NCBI GenBank assembly: GCA_965644315.1
Contig: CBFFRQ010000043.1
Coordinates: 186,001 to 250,000 of the forward strand
DNA length: 64,000 nucleotides
Origin: Caecitellus pseudoparvulus
Lineage: Eukaryota > Protista > Bigyra: Bicosoecida
Reading direction: 5' to 3'
The position numbers and the translations under genes are program-made. Of this stretch, positions 11,040 to 25,000 are shown in pieces. Every line of letters starts with the position of its first letter. The first letter of the stretch is position 1. The notes under the pieces are model-generated. The model did not search any database, had not been told where the DNA came from, and was given only the letters and a program-made list of their open reading frames with translations.

Positions 11040-13728
11040 TCAAGCGTGGGACCAGGAGGCTGCAGTGTGCTGAGGCACGACGAGGTCCATGCGGGTGACA
11101 TGGGCCCACTCCCCGCCTGGCGCCTGCGTCACCTGCAGGTCCACGAGGAGTCCCCCCGGTCCCAGCAACCGCCCCGCCCAGGCCCCGGCCTTGCCTTGCG
11201 TGAAGACGACTGGGCCCACGGCCATGTCCAGCAGCCCGCCCGGGGGACTGAACACGCCCACCTCCACGACCGCCACGCCCCGGCTGGTGTGGCTGAGGGC
11301 GGCAAAAGTGCCACCCACCCCTGCAGCCCCCACGGGCCAGGTTTGGCTGGGGGGCCATGGCGCCACCCTCCACTCTGCCAGGGCGCCGCGCTCCCACGAT
11401 GGCGCCATGGGGCCTGCAGCGCCATGCCCTCCCCCCTCTCCCCGCAGCATGGCGCCACTCTCCCGCACCACTGACACTCGTGCCATACCGCCGGGCTGCC
11501 CCTGGGGCACCTTGTCCACATGCCCACCGCCTCGTGCAGGGGGACCCCGCCCCACCAGGGCCGCGGCCGTGTCCAGTGCCGCCGCCTCCGCTTCCCGCTC
11601 TGTGGTGCCCAGGATGGCCTCCTGCGCCGCAGCCATGTACGAGTCCCGCGCGCCCGCCTGGGAATCGAAGGTCCAGGCACCGGAGGACGCCGGGGCGGCG
11701 GTGGCGGCGCCTGCGTCCCACGGCGGACGACTCGACAGGTCGGGGGCAGGAGCAGGGGCATCCGCGTCAAGTGGGGGACCCCGCCCCTCCTCCGCCCCGT
11801 CCACCTGCGGCAAGGCCACGCCCTGCACCACCCTAGAAATGTGCACTGTCGTGCTGCAGGCGCCGGCGTCCCACACCCCAGCAGCGCCCTTGCGGCGGGC
11901 TGGGGCGGCGGCATCCTCGGCAGCTGCATGGGCATCGCCCACCCAGGAGAACGCGGTGGTGGGCCCACCCCCGCCCCCGCTGCGCTTCACAGAGCTGTGC
12001 AGGCTCCGAATGCACAGGTGCACGGTGACCTCTGCGCCTGGGCGAGGGGGGGCTCGGGTGGCGGGCGGAGGGGGGTACAGCCATGGCGGGAGAGGTGAGC
12101 GGCCTGCCTGTGCCTTGGTCCGTGGCAGGGCGGCCCCCGCGGTGGCTGTGCCCCCCAGACGGGTTTGCGCAGCGGCCAAGGCGACAAGGTGCGGGTGTTG
12201 GGCCCATGCGGGGGATGGGCCCAGCTGCACCGCACCACCGCGGGAACTCTTTGGGGACAGGGGGGGTTGTGCCTCGGCACCCCCCCCCCCCACCCGACGC
12301 AGGAGGGGGTGCCACCTGGCTGGCATGCGGGACAGGAGGGCATCTGCCGGAGAAGGGGGGGCTTGGGCCACAGCGGCAGTGCCGGGGGCGGACGAGGCCG
12401 CACTGGACCCCCGCGGGTGGCTGCGGGGGGGGGGCGTGTACGCTTGGCGCTCCCTGGCCATGACGGCTGCCAGCAGCGCGGGCAGTGGCGCCACCAGCCG
12501 CACGAATGCGACGGCCTGCATGCGGGTGGTGGGGCGGGGCGACCCCGTGCTGTGGGCCCAGCTGCCCACGAGGAGGTGGAACTGGCGGGCGGTGGGCCCA
12601 CTGCCCCCACTGCCCTGCTGCCCCCGAATGCACACCACTTCAATGTCACCGTCCTCGAACACACGCTGGGGCGGCGGAGCGGTGGCGCCGCCAGCAGAGC
12701 CCTTTCCATCACTGCTGCCGCTCAAGACTTGCGCGAGTGAGCCATGCCACCCCCCCTCCACGGCAGGTGCAGGTGGGGTCCACAGCCCCCGCAAGTCGAA
12801 GGTAGCCACCTCGCAGGGGGGCCCCAGGCCCGTGGCCACCCACAGGGAGAGGCTTGACGGGGGCACACGGGCCTCTGGACGCGAGTGCTTCGGCCCAGAA
12901 CCTGCTGCCCAGGCGGCCGTGTCCCACGCCAGCTCCACATCCGCCTCTGCCACGCCCGACCCTGTCCACGTGTGCTGGCGACGTGTGCGCGTGGCAGTGG
13001 CTGTCGCAGCTGCCACATGCCGCTGCAGCGCATCTCCAGAGGGCTTGGCTGCACTGGGCTGGCGGGGCGGGGGCAGGTTCAGCCACTTCAAGCGCTGCCG
13101 ACGCCCGGCGCTGGACACCAGTCGAAAGCCTTGCACAGCCACCACAGCCACCACTGCGCAGGCAGCCTGCATGGGTGCCCCTGGTAGGCTGCCAAAGGCA
13201 CGTCGAAGCTTGAGATAAAGCGCTCTCCTCTTTGCAGGCAGGGCAGGGGGTGCGCGGTGTGCCAGGGCACCGGGCTGGCGCCTGCGGAAATCGCTTCCCT
13301 CTCACCCGCCTGGCAGCGTCGCGCACGCGCTTCTCCACGAAGGCGAAGAGCCACACATTCACCCCAAGTCCAAACAGTGCACGTGCATCAATGTCTCGTG
13401 CAAGCGCCTGCTCCACTGCATCCCTCGGCTGCCCCAGCGCAGAGGCAACGGCCGCTGCTGCACGCGGAGCCCAGATTGTCGTCTGCCGCACTTCTGCTCG
13501 AGCCCAGCGCGCAGCGCGCCCCAGCGCCACCACTGACGCCGTGTCCAGATACGCGCACACATTGGAGAGCGGGCCCCCAACCAGCGCCTGCAAGGGGCTG
13601 GGCTTGCCCCCGGCGGCCGCACCCGCCGCTGCCTTCCGGCCCGGCGGCAACCTGCGCCTGCTGCCTGCACTTGGCACGGCGTGCCGGGGGTCAGGCCGCC
13701 TGCGGCCCCGTGGCGCTGTCCGGTGCAT
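11040..13728 (-). CDS. F-box protein, FBXO15-like; 2 exons (13728-13306, 13229-11040)
   Basis: F-box-like LQALVGGPLSNVCAYLDTASVVALGRAARWAR..IW in exon 1; HLLVGSW..AFVRLV and C-terminal LVDLQV..HVTRMDLVV..SW resemble FBXO15 from memory. The 76-nt intron needs an AAG acceptor, which is less typical here. Confidence 0.55.
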
Positions 13729-14104
13729 GTTGCCTTGAGTCGTACCCGGCACGCCGGGTGACGCGGCGCGTTTGCTGCCTGTATGCCGGTGGTGGCGGGT
13801 GGAGTGTGCGGGACGCGGCCAACTGTGTGCGAACCAATTGTACAGAGGACACAATACGCACCTCTCCTACATGCCCAGCGAAGCTCTGCATGAGCACTCA
13901 TCTCATAGGCATAACCACAGTTCTACTCGACCCTGCTGCTCCCTGCTCGCAGCAGAGTAAGCGACTGTGCGTGCAGCGCCGCGAGAGGCGGGCCAGCGAG
14001 GCCAGGCCCCGTTCGGCTTGTCCAGCCAAACTCAGCATCCACAGGAGGCAGCCAAAGGATCAGCGAGGTTTTGAAACTATACACATAGAAATTCTCTGAA
14101 AGCC

Positions 14105-15321
14105 ATGACGAAGTACGCGCAGATCGTCATGGGGCCTGCTGGCACCGGGAAGGTGGGTGGACCAGGCAAGCAATTTCCGCACACTCCTTCGCCGAGGGCG
14201 AACCTCCACCCCATGCTCACTGGCCACACACAGTCCACATACTGCAAGTTGATTCAGGAACACTGCCAGAACCTTGGCCGTGCTGTGCACGTGGTGAACC
14301 TGGACCCAGCTGCAGAGGAGTTTGGGTACGAGGTTTCTTTCGGTGGGTGTGCCGCTGGCCTGCTGCGCGGACTTGCGGCACGGCACCCGAGCCCCCCCCC
14401 CCCAGATGTGCGGGACTTGATTTCAGTGCAGGACGTGATGGAGGAGTTGGAGTACGGCCCCAACGGCGGCCTGATCTTCTGCATGGAGTACCTGCTGGAC
14501 AACATGGAGTGGCTGGACGAGGCGCTTGACAGCTTCGGGGACGACGACTACTTGCTGCTGGACTGCCCCGGGCAGATCGAGCTGTACTCCCACCTGCCCA
14601 TCATGAAGACCGTCGCCAAGCACCTGGCCGACCGGGACTTCCGCGTCGTCGGCGTGTACCTCATGGACGCCCTCTTCGTCACTGACGCGGCCAAGCTGCT
14701 GGCCGGCAACTTGGCCGCTCTCAGCGCCATGGTGGCCATGGAGACGCCCCACATAAACGTGCGTGGCACGGGTGTGCCCCATTGCGCGAGCTGGGCACGC
14801 GTGACACCTCCCCCGCTCCGCAGGTTCTCACCAAGTGCGACCTGGTGCAGTCCGACCTGTCCACCGTGCTCATGCCTTCAGGCAAGGAGCTGGCGGGGGC
14901 ACTGTCTGACAGGACGCCTCCCAAGTATGCCCGGCTGAACCGCGCGTTTGCGACACTTGTGCGTGCGGCAGACGCACAGGCATGCTGCCACCTACATGCC
15001 CGCTACCCCCCCCCTCCCTCCTCCTCAGTTGGATGACTACAACATGGTGTCTTTCGTGCCACTGGATGCCACGGACGAAGACAGTGTCGGGTACGCTCTG
15101 GGCATGGTGGACCAGGCTATTCAGTACGGAGAGGACATGGAGCCGAAGGGTGAGCAGCGCTGGCGCCAGGCTGCGGCGACGTGGGCCCACCTCATTGGCA
15201 CACCCCCTCCCCCTCTTACACAGAGCCACGAGATGAGGTGGACCAGGATGCGGTGCAGGCGGCCAGTGAATCCTTCGCTAGTTTGGGCGGCGGGGCGGTG
15301 GCGGCGGGAGGCATGGGCTGA
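14105..15321 (+). CDS. GPN3: GPN-loop GTPase 3; 6 exons (14105-14152, 14234-14342, 14406-14758, 14824-14958, 15029-15149, 15224-15321)
   Basis: KYAQIVMGPAGTGKSTYC, VVNLDPAAEEF, YGPNGGLIFCMEYL, DCPGQIELYSH, NVLTKCDL, LDDYNMVSF, IQYGED; five phase-compatible GT..AG introns. Confidence 0.93.
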
Positions 15322-15444
15322 CGCGGCCATGCGCAATGCACATGGTCCCACACACCACAACACGCTGCAAAGCCAGGGAGGCGATGACATTACCCCCTTC
15401 CACTTGTTTCCCATGACCCGTGGTGTCTGCACCGTGCAGGTGGC

Positions 15445-18400
15445 ATGGCAGGCGCGCAGGCCACAGCGCCAGGCACAACCGCCGCCACGTTCGAGGCTGC
15501 AGCTGTCACGTTTTCCACCAAGCATGGTCCGGAGCGCCTGCAGGCAGAGCGGGTGATCAATGAAGTACGCAAGTCTCCGCAGGCGCTGGATGTGGCGCAA
15601 GCTGTTTTAGGTGCGTCGCGAATGCGCCGCCGACGTGCGGCAAGCGCTGCGTGCGGAAATCGTTTGTGGCCTGGTTTTCCGCAGAGCGATCCAGTCGCCC
15701 AGAGGCTCATTTCCAAGCGGCAGTCATGTTCGAGGCAGCCATGCTGCGCGCTTGGGATTCCACCTCCGAGGAACAGCATTCTGCAGTGCGCAAGTGGCTG
15801 GTGCAGCACTGCATCGGCAAGGCAGCAGAGTGGGTGCCGTTGCGCGTGCACTGCTTCCTGGCTGCCCACAGTAGCGGACCCCCCCCCCGCCCGTTGCGCA
15901 GTGCGGCGCCCTACGTGCGGAACTACATGACTCGCTCCATCGCCGTGCTGTACAAGCGCGGCTGGGTGGGCGAGCCGGCGTGCCGGGGGCAGCTGGTGGC
16001 CTTCCTGTCGGAGCTGTTTGCCTCCCCTGCGCCGGCGCACCACATCCTGGCGGTGGACATCATGGAGGCCAGCGTGCAGCAGTTCACGCCGGCCCGGGCG
16101 TCGGACATGGCCCAGACCCTCGCCTTCCACGCCGCTGCAGCTGCTGCGTTTCAGGCGGAGGGTCTGCTGCACATGGCCACCCTGGCGGGCAGGGTGCTCA
16201 CGGCTGCGGGGCAGAGTCTGGCCCAGGCCCTGCAGCCAGGGGCCGGGGACAGCGCCACCCTGGCAGCCACAGCGAGTGCTCTGACACGGGACACCACGTC
16301 AGTGCGCCTGGTGGCACGGGCGGCTCAGTGCCTGCACCGCTGCCTGGGGTGGGACTTCGCTGGTCGGGGACGGGGGGGCGGACCCGGTGGCTGGGCCAGT
16401 GGCGCCCACCCCCCCGTTGAGCCACCCTCTGAGTGGCGGGAGCTGCTGGGAGATGGCACGCTGTTGACCCTGGCACTGCGCCTGCACAGTGCGGGGGGGC
16501 GGTGGGTGCGCCCAGCCCAACTCAACGTGGAGCTGGCCACCCTCATCCACGCACTGCTGGCCCTGCGAGGGAGTCTCTTCCCCAGCGACCCTGCCCGCGC
16601 AGCGTACACGGAAGCGGCCTTCAAGCTGCTCTTCGAGGCGGGGGGCGCCCCCCCCGCCCCACAGGCCCTGCCCTCCCTGCCCCAGGACCCCGCCGCCGCA
16701 GTGCGTGCCGTGGCTGCTGGCTTCAAGAGGGCGGCGGCGGCAGGGCAGGCGGCGGCAGTGGCGGGGGCGCTGCAGTCCCTGGCAGGCCAGGAGCGTGTGC
16801 TGGTTGCTGCGGTGGAGGCGGAGGCGGTGGAGGCGCAGTTCCTGGCGGGAGCATTTGCCACGCTCTTGCTCCGCATCGGCCCTGCCGGCCTCGCCACGGC
16901 CCCTGCCGCGCGACAGTACCTCACCGGCATCGCCAACCTCGCCAAGGCGTGGCTGGCGGCAGCGGCAGACAGCATGCACTTGACGGCGCAGTGCGAGGTG
17001 CAGCCGGTGGCAGGGGTGCTGTCCAGCCTCAGCTCCTCGTCGCCGCCCACCCACTCCGCCCTGTGCAGCCTTACCTTTGCCGTGGAGCAGGCGAGGGGGC
17101 AGCTGCAGGAGGCCGCCGACACACTGCTGGGCAGCCTGGCCACGCTGGCCGACGCACTCACAGCGCCCGGCATGCCCCTCAGTGGCGTGCCGGACGCCAG
17201 TGCTGCCGCATGCCGGGCCCTGGCGCCGCTGGGCGAACCCCTGGCCGAGGCGGCAGGGGACTGCGTCGCGGCGACCTTGGAGAGCCGCCTGTCGGCAGCC
17301 ATGGTGGCGGTGGAGGCGGGCCTGGACGACGACGTGCCCCACGACGACGGCAGTGTGCTCAGCGAACACGCCCTGGCAGTGGCCTCCCTCATCCGGGCGT
17401 CGCCGCGACACAGCCTGCCCCTGCTCCTGCACGCCATTGCCGCCGCCACCGAGGCCGTCGCGGCAGCAGCTGGCCAGGCTGGCGGTGCCGCCGAAGCCCA
17501 CGGCGCGCTGGCTGCCCAGTACGAGCGCCTGTGGTGGCTGGTCACCTACGCTGGGTTCGCGCTGGCAGACAGCGACGAGGGCGAGACGCCAACGGTGCCA
17601 GGGCCACTGAATGCGCTCAGCGCGCGCTTGCTGCGTGAGGCGGCAGGGGGCGGCTCTGGCTCCCGTGCTGGCATGGCGGCCGTGTCACGTGATCCGCTGG
17701 TGATGCTGCCCCTGCACATCCTGTCCATCGGCCAGCTGGAGGGGCAGCGGTGTGCGGCCGCAGGCACGGGGGCCGCCCCCCCCTCGCCCCTGCTGTGCCA
17801 GCGCCTGCTGTGGTTCCTCAGTCGGTGGGCACCCACCTACCTCATGCCAGATGCAGACCTGTACCGCTCCGCCCCCCTGTCCTTCACACTCACGCGCTGC
17901 TTCGCCGCAGCCGACGGTACGCTGGGGGGGGAGGAGGCGGCGGCGGCGGCGGCGGCGGGTGGGCCCACCGCCCTCGTCGCACGGGGCGGCCAGGGCATCG
18001 CGGAGGTCATGCTGCAAGTGGCAGTGCGCATGCTGGCGTGCTGGACGGGGGAGGATGCCGTGGCGGAGGAGGCGGTGGGCGTGCTGGCCGCCCTCACACG
18101 GGCTCCCGGCCCCGGCACCGTCACAGTGCCCTCCGACGCCTGGGCACAGCTGTTCAACACGCATGTGTCACACATCGCAGCGGGTGGTGCGGGGACGTCG
18201 GGGCACGTGCCGTCTGCGGCGGAGGCGGCGGCGGCAGGGGGCGCCGCTGCCGTCCTGGGCCGGCTGCGGTTCCTGCCCAACGCCTTGCAGTGCCGCCTCA
18301 CGACACTGCTGTGCAACTCCACGAAAGCTGTCCCCCCACAGCAGCGCGTGGGGTACCTCCTGCGCCTGCTCACGCCCCTGCAGCAGCGCATGTCAGGCGT

Positions 18401-19610
18401 GCTGGGTGCGGCGGACTTCCGCAGTTCTGCCACGGCACCGCGGGTGGTGGAGGAGGTGCGCCGGCTGCTGGCTCACGCCATTGGCGTGGCCAAGTCCCAG
18501 CCTGCCGTGCCGCTGGAGGTGTTTTCCCCCGTCTGCGCCTCCCTCGTGGAGACCGGTGGCGCCCTGCTGGATGTGTACCGGGTGGAGGGCCCCGTGGCGG
18601 CGGAGGTGCTGGAGTTTGTGCGGGTGTTCCTTGATGCACACCTGCAGTTCATGCCACTGGCGCAGGCTGTGCCCCTGCTGCGTGCCTCCCTAGCGCTCAT
18701 CCAGGCCTTCGTGCGGCACAAGGTGTCCGGCACAGCGGCCACTGCGCAGGGGGCAGCTCGGGGTGTGGCGGCGCCTGGCACGCCGCTGTCCACTGCCGCC
18801 GTCGCGCCGTCAGGGCTGTCTGCGGCGCAGGAGGAGGAAGACACGGAGCTGGTGATGCAGGTGCTGAGCATTCTGGAAGCTCTCGTCACGAAAGACGACA
18901 TGGACTGGGGAGACACTGCCGGCGGCTCAGGGGTGCAGGCGTCGTTCAAGGCAGCTGTGGGGGACATTGTCACTCTGGGCACTCACCTGCTGACAGTGCT
19001 CATGACGCCAGACCGCCTGGCGCAGCCGCCAGTGTGCACGGCGTTTCTCGGCCTGTGCCGCACGCTGGCAGCCAACCAGGCCGCCCGCCTGCTGTCCTTG
19101 CCCAGCGCGGCCCTGGAGGGATTCTTGCGATCGCTCATGTTTGGAGTGACACATGTGGACCGAGGCGTGCAGTTGCTGGCGCTGCAGGCCGTCGCAGACC
19201 TGTTTGAGGCGCAGGTGGACGCACGCACTGCCGGCGCAGGTGGACTGAGCGCTGCTGACGCCCGAGCAGGCGTGCAGAAATTCCTCCCAGCAGTGCTGCA
19301 GTCTGTCATTCCCAGCACAGTGGTCAGCGGCTCCGTCATTTCTGCCGCCTCTGCCTGCGTCCTGACCATGGCGCTGGTGGATGGTGAGGCGTTTTCCGCA
19401 GCAACGCAGCAGGTGGCGCAAAGCTGGGCGAGCGGCAACTCTGCGCTGCAGCAGCACCTCGCCACCGCTTTTGGGCACATGGTGCAGGCCAATGGTGTGG
19501 ACAGCAGCACTTCTGCGCGCAACCAGCGCGCGTTCCAGGCCAATTTTGAGCGTTTCTTGAAAGATGCGCGGGCCCACGTCACAACCGTGCAGGGTGGCCA
19601 CGGCGCTTGA
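15445..19610 (+). CDS. XPO4: Exportin-4 (importin-beta family); introns 15611-15684 and probably 15830-15901
   Basis: AHFQAA, IAVLYKRGW, CLGWDF, YERLWWLVTYAGFALADSDEGETPTVP and SPLLCQRLLWFLSRWAPTYL are characteristic XPO4 blocks; helical throughout. Confidence 0.85.
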
Positions 19611-19792
19611 GCCCTTGGCCCCACAATGCAATCCCACCGAACATCACGTTTGAAAGTTGTCCGTGCCATGTCTTCACCGACTGCCCAGCACGTTGCCGTT
19701 TGTGCCGTGGTGGGCGCGAAACTGCCGGCGACTCGCCCCGCTGCGCCACCATTGCTGCGAGCAGCGGCAGCCCTTCCAGGCGCGCCGGCAGC

Positions 19793-22052
19793 ATGGTGGA
19801 CCTGTGGCTGGGGTGGCATGACGCCAGTGACTTTGTGGACGTCTCCCCCCCACCAGCATCCTACATGAACCAAGCTGCCGCCTTCACAGAAGCAGGTGAG
19901 GCCAGTCTGCCGCAGTTGCTGTAGCGCTCCCACCAATTTCCGCACGCTCTTGCCCCGCCCTTGTGTGCCGCAGGCGAGCTGCTCGTGTGTGCAGGGCGCA
20001 GCAAGTCCAGCAGTTCCCCTGCCTCAGACGTGCTCCTGCTGTCCCTGGCCACCCTGGCGGGCGCGACGCTGTCCACTGGCGTGGACGAGGAAGGCTTCGC
20101 CTGGTCCGCCCTGCACGCCGTGCCCTTCCCCGGCGCCGACGGCACGAATGGGCGCCGGGCAGGCAGCGCGCACCGCCTCGTCCTGGTGGGGGCCCTGGAA
20201 ACCTCCTGCCTGGGCGCCTCCCAGCTGTCAACCCCAGGAGGCACGCCCCTGCGCGGCAGTGCCAGCAGTCCAGAGGGAGGGTCGTATCCACCCCCCTCCA
20301 GCTCCCCCCCCCACCCCCTGCACGCCTGCCCTGGCCTCATCTCCATGGAGTGGCATGCCATTTCCAAGAAGTGGCTGCCGCTCACCAGTGGGGGGGGCCC
20401 TGGCGGCACTCCGGGGGGGGGTGCCTGCTCCACCGTGCCCATCGCCCGAGAGCAAGCGGCCAGCGCAGCCCTGCGCAAGCGTGTGTTCGTCTTTGGCGGC
20501 GTGGTGAGGGGGGTGCAGGCGTCTGCTCTTCCGGAACACGCGCCCTGGCTGCAGCACGCGCGTGTTCCGGCAGGCCCCGCAGGCGCCGCCCGGGACATGT
20601 GGTACCTCGCCGACACCTGGGTGCTGAACGTGGAGAAACGCAAGTGGAAGCAGCACGCGGCAGGGGGGCGCCCCCCCTCCCCCCGCTACGGCGCCGCCAT
20701 GGCCGCGAACGAAGCCTCACTCACGTGCGTGGCACCCCGCCCTCCCTGGCAGCGCTGCGGCAAGGGCTCACACTGACCCCCCCCACCACTCCCCCCACAG
20801 GCTGATAGTCCACGGCGGCATGGATGCGACGGGGGCCACCTTGGGGGATGTGCATGTCTTGACGCTGCAGGCGGCGGGGGGGGCAGAGCGGTCGCACTGG
20901 AGCCAGCCGGACCTGGCCGGCAGCGTGCTGCGCGGCAGTCTGGGCCACAGCATGACTGCGGTGGGGGACTGGCTGGTGGTGTTGGGGGGGCGGGAGGGCG
21001 GTCGCACAGCGGCGTGGGCCCACCCCACCCTCCTGCACATGCCCACGTGGACTGTGCATCGGGATGAGGGTGGGGCGGCGGTGGGCGCCAGCAGCCCGGC
21101 AGTGGGGGGGGGTCACAAGCGCCTCCGCACCCCCACCCCAGGAGGCGGCGGGGCTGGCGGAGTGCGGAGTGTGGGCCCACCCATGGCGCCACGCCTGGCG
21201 CACACGGCAGTCCTGGTTCCATCCCACATGGTCAGCTCTGCCGCCAGCCGTGCGGTGCGGGGAAAGGCCCCACGCACACACGGCGAGCCGGCAGGTGGGC
21301 CCACCCCCCTGCACGATGTGTTCGTGGGTGGACTGCGAACAGACATGGAGCATCCCCGCAGTTCGGGGGTGCGGCCTGCCGCCACGCAGCACGCTGTGAT
21401 CCTGGTGCTGGGCGGGTGTGACGCGAGTTTTGAGCCGGTGCGCGGAGGCAGTGGGCCCATGGCCGTGCACGCTCTGCACCTGTGGGGTTCCCTCCGCTCC
21501 CCCACGGGACTGGGGCAAGGAGACCTGGGCCCCAGTGTGGGCGCAGTGCAGCTTGCCCCCTCCACCACCTCAGCTGCTGACACCCTGCCCACGCTCACCA
21601 GCAAGGCAGCTGCAGCAGCGGCGCCCCTTGCACTGCACAGGTCCGCCACCTCCCCAGCCGCAATGCGTGCTGGCCAGCCCGCCCTTGCTCCGCTGTCCCC
21701 AGAGCAGCCGCACGGGAATGGCGCCTTCACCCCAGAGGCAATGTCGCAGCAGCTGCAGCTGCTGCAGCACTCGCTGCGCTCCACTCTGACGAGTGAAACC
21801 GCTGCGCTGAAGGAGGAGCTGCTGGGAAGTGTGCAGGCGACGGTGGCATCCGCCCTCGCAACGGCGGGTTCAGCCGAAGTGCGTGCACTGCAGTCCAGGG
21901 TTTCCCACCTGGAACGCGAGCTGGCGGAGCGGGACGCCCTCATCGCTTCGCTGACGGAGCGAGTGCAAGTTCCGCGTGCGCTGCTGCAGCGCCTGCTTAG
22001 CGCGACACCCGAACATGGCCCCACTGCGACATCAGAAGAAAAAATGCATTGA
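19793..22052 (+). CDS. Kelch-repeat protein with C-terminal coiled coil; 3 exons (19793-19895, 19974-20724, 20801-22052)
   Basis: VFVFGG..YLADTWVLNVEKRKW..PPSPRYGAAM, LIVHGG..LGDVHVL, GHSMTAVGDWLVVLGG, PRLAHTAV, ILVLGG; coiled coil LQSRVSHLERELAERDALIASLTER. Confidence 0.8.
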
Positions 22053-22090
22053 AGTGCGCGCAAGCTTGCCCCACATGCGACTCCTGTGCA

Positions 22091-25000
22091 CTAGAAGCCT
22101 GCACACCACTCCTCCTCACATGGCGCTGCAGTCGCCTCACCGCCCGCGGCCGAAGGTGCCGGCGGCATGATCTCTGCGTCCACTGGGGCAGCTTCCGATG
22201 CGCCAGCGTACCACCGCGTATCCTGCGGGCTGTCCAGCTCCGGCACCCAGGGCGCAGGCAACTCCTTGTTCAGCAGCGCCTTGAAGTCCACGCTGTCCAG
22301 CCAGGGGTGTGTCAGCACTTCCTGCGACCCGCCCCGCTGACACCCCAGTCGGTGCACGGGCTTCTTCTGCAGCAGCCCCCTGCAGAAGGAGACAGCTTGC
22401 AGATCAGCGTCCAGCAATGCGTCTGGGAACTGCACTGGCTCCCGCAGCACCTTGGCCATGATGTCTCGCATGCTGCCCTGCGCGTCGTCGAACGGTGTGC
22501 TGCCCGTCAGGCACTCGAAGACCAAGATGCCCAGCGCCCACCAGTCACACGAAGCATCGTAGCCCTTCGCAGTGAGGCACTCTGGCGCCAAGTATGCCGG
22601 CGTCCCGCACAGTGTGTACGTGCGCTCTGGCACGTGCTTCGCGAAGCCAAAGTCCACGACACGCACATACCCCTTGTCGTCCAGCAGAATGTTCTCCGGC
22701 TTCAGGTCCCGGTACAGGATGTGCATGGCGTGCAGGTACGACAGCGCATGTGCCACACACGCAGTGTAGAACTTCGTGTCAGCTGGGGGCAGGGTGTGCC
22801 GCCGCTCCAGCAGCCCAAACAGCTCCCCACCCGGCACCCAGTCCAGCAGCAAGTACAGGCGCTGTGCGTCTTGGAACGTGGACACCACCTGCAGCAGGAA
22901 CGGGTGGCTCACGGCTCCCAGCAGGGCACGCTCGAAGACGATGTTGCGCTGCTGCTTCAGGCGCACGATGGTGGCCTTGTCCATCGCCTTCAGCGCCAAC
23001 AGCCGACCCGTACCCGAGTGCCGCACCAGCGACACCCGCGCAAACGTGCCTTGTCCCAGCACCGCCACCTCCCGCACATTGCCCAGGCCGCCCACAGAGG
23101 CGTCCTTGCTTCGTCCACGCTGCTGCAGCCAGGCTAAGGACCCCACCGTGTTCGGGTCGTCCTCCTCTGGGTCCAGGTCCGGCAGGATGGAAGAGTTCAC
23201 CCGCGGCCTGCGGGCATGCCCTGCGCTGCCTTGGCCGCCCGAAGCGGCGACTGCAGCCGATGCAGAGGCTGCGATGCTGCCGTCTGAGGCTGTCCCAGCC
23301 TGCCACTGTGCCAGCATGCGCCGCATGTCGTCAGGGGAGGTCGCCATTTCCGCCTTGCGACCCGCTGCAAACTCCGTCGGCATGGCCATATCACCCCGTC
23401 TCGGCATGGCCATATCACCCCGTCTCGGCATGGCCATATCACCCCGTCTCGGCATGGCCATATCACCCCGTCTCGGCATGGCCATATCACCCCGTCTCGG
23501 CATGGCCATATCACCCCGTCTTGGCATGGCCATATCACCCCGTCTTGGCATGGCCATATCACCCCGTCTTGGTACTGCCATGCCCATGTCGCTATGCCGC
23601 CGCACTGCGGTCCGTGGTCGCAGCACTTCACCAGAGGGTTTGGGTGGACCCACTGGGGCAGGGGGGGTCTTGCGGGGAGGCGGCGGCGCCAGTGGCGGCA
23701 CCTGTGCGGCACCCTCACGCGGACCAGCCGACCCCGGCAGCGTGTCCTGGAGACTGAGCCCTGCAGCTTTCAGGTCACCTGGGCTCAGGCGGGAGAGGAA
23801 TGCGTGCACACTGCCCACGACAGCGGTGAAATCGGCCCGGGACAGTGCCAGGGCGGTCACGGGTCCGCCGTGGGCCACCACGCTGGCGGGGTGGGGCGCC
23901 GATGAGATCAGCTGCCGCTCGCCGAGGTAGTCGCCGGGGCCCAGCTGTGTTCCGTGTTCCGGCTCGCCCACCACCACCACGCCCTCGCGAATGATGAGGA
24001 AGGTGTGCAGGAACATGCTGCCTGCGCGGGCCAGGGCGCCGGCGGAGGAGGCAGAGGACCGACGCCGGAGGCGCCGACGGGACCCCCCCCTTGACACCCC
24101 TCCCGGAGATGAGGGGCCATCTCCCTCGCTGGTGGAGCCAGGGGAGCTGGCAGCTGCCTTGCGGGAGGGGCCAGACAGGGTGCCGGACCGGCCGCTGGCA
24201 GTGGGCGACGGGGTGGGGCGGGCTGCACCTGCACCCCCCCCCGTGCTGAACGTGCGACGGGTGCCTGGTCCTTCGGAGTCACTGACACCCCCCCCGCTGG
24301 CCCTGGCCACCTGCGTCATGTGCCTGCAGCTGAGGCTGCCCCGGTGCGGCCCCGTGAACATGCCCCCCCGGCGCCCGGGTCCCCCCCTGCGCCGGCGGGG
24401 AGGGGAGTGGCTGGGCAGTGCCAGGGCCTGCCCTGCATGCACCAGGGTGGCGCCTTCCGGGAAGGTGACGGGGGTGAGGGCCCCCGCCAGCTCTGCCAGC
24501 TCGCCCGGGTCCAGGGCGTGGAACAGAGGGATGGAGCGCAGCGTGTGCACGCCGATGGTCTCGTCCAGCACGGCACGCAGGGACCCCACGAGGGCTCGGA
24601 TGGCTGTGCGTTGAAGGCGCAGCAGCAGGCAGTCTGTCTTGGCCAGGACAGTGGCGGCACGGGGCTCGTCCAGCAGCAGGGCCCGTTCGCCGAAGCAGTC
24701 GCCGGGGCCGAGGGTGATGTCCGCCACGCGACTGGCGCCGGAGCCGATGTCGGTGCATGCGACCTGCCCCTCCACGATGAAGTACATGTCGCTGCCGACG
24801 TCCCCCTTGTTCAAAATGCGCTGCCCAGCGCGGTGTGACTCCTCCTCCACCGCCATGGCCAGCTGCGCCAGCTGTTCCGGCTGCAGGTGTTCCAGCAACG
24901 GCGACGACGCCAGCGCCTGCTTGGCTGAGTGGAAGGCGCGGGAGGCCTGCCCTGCCACCATGGCGCGGAGGGTGGGCCCACTCACCGCGTACACCTCCGC

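Noticed and set aside
23379-23570. CRISPR array
   Set aside because: Head-to-tail units with no spacers, in frame within a eukaryotic kinase, and no cas genes.
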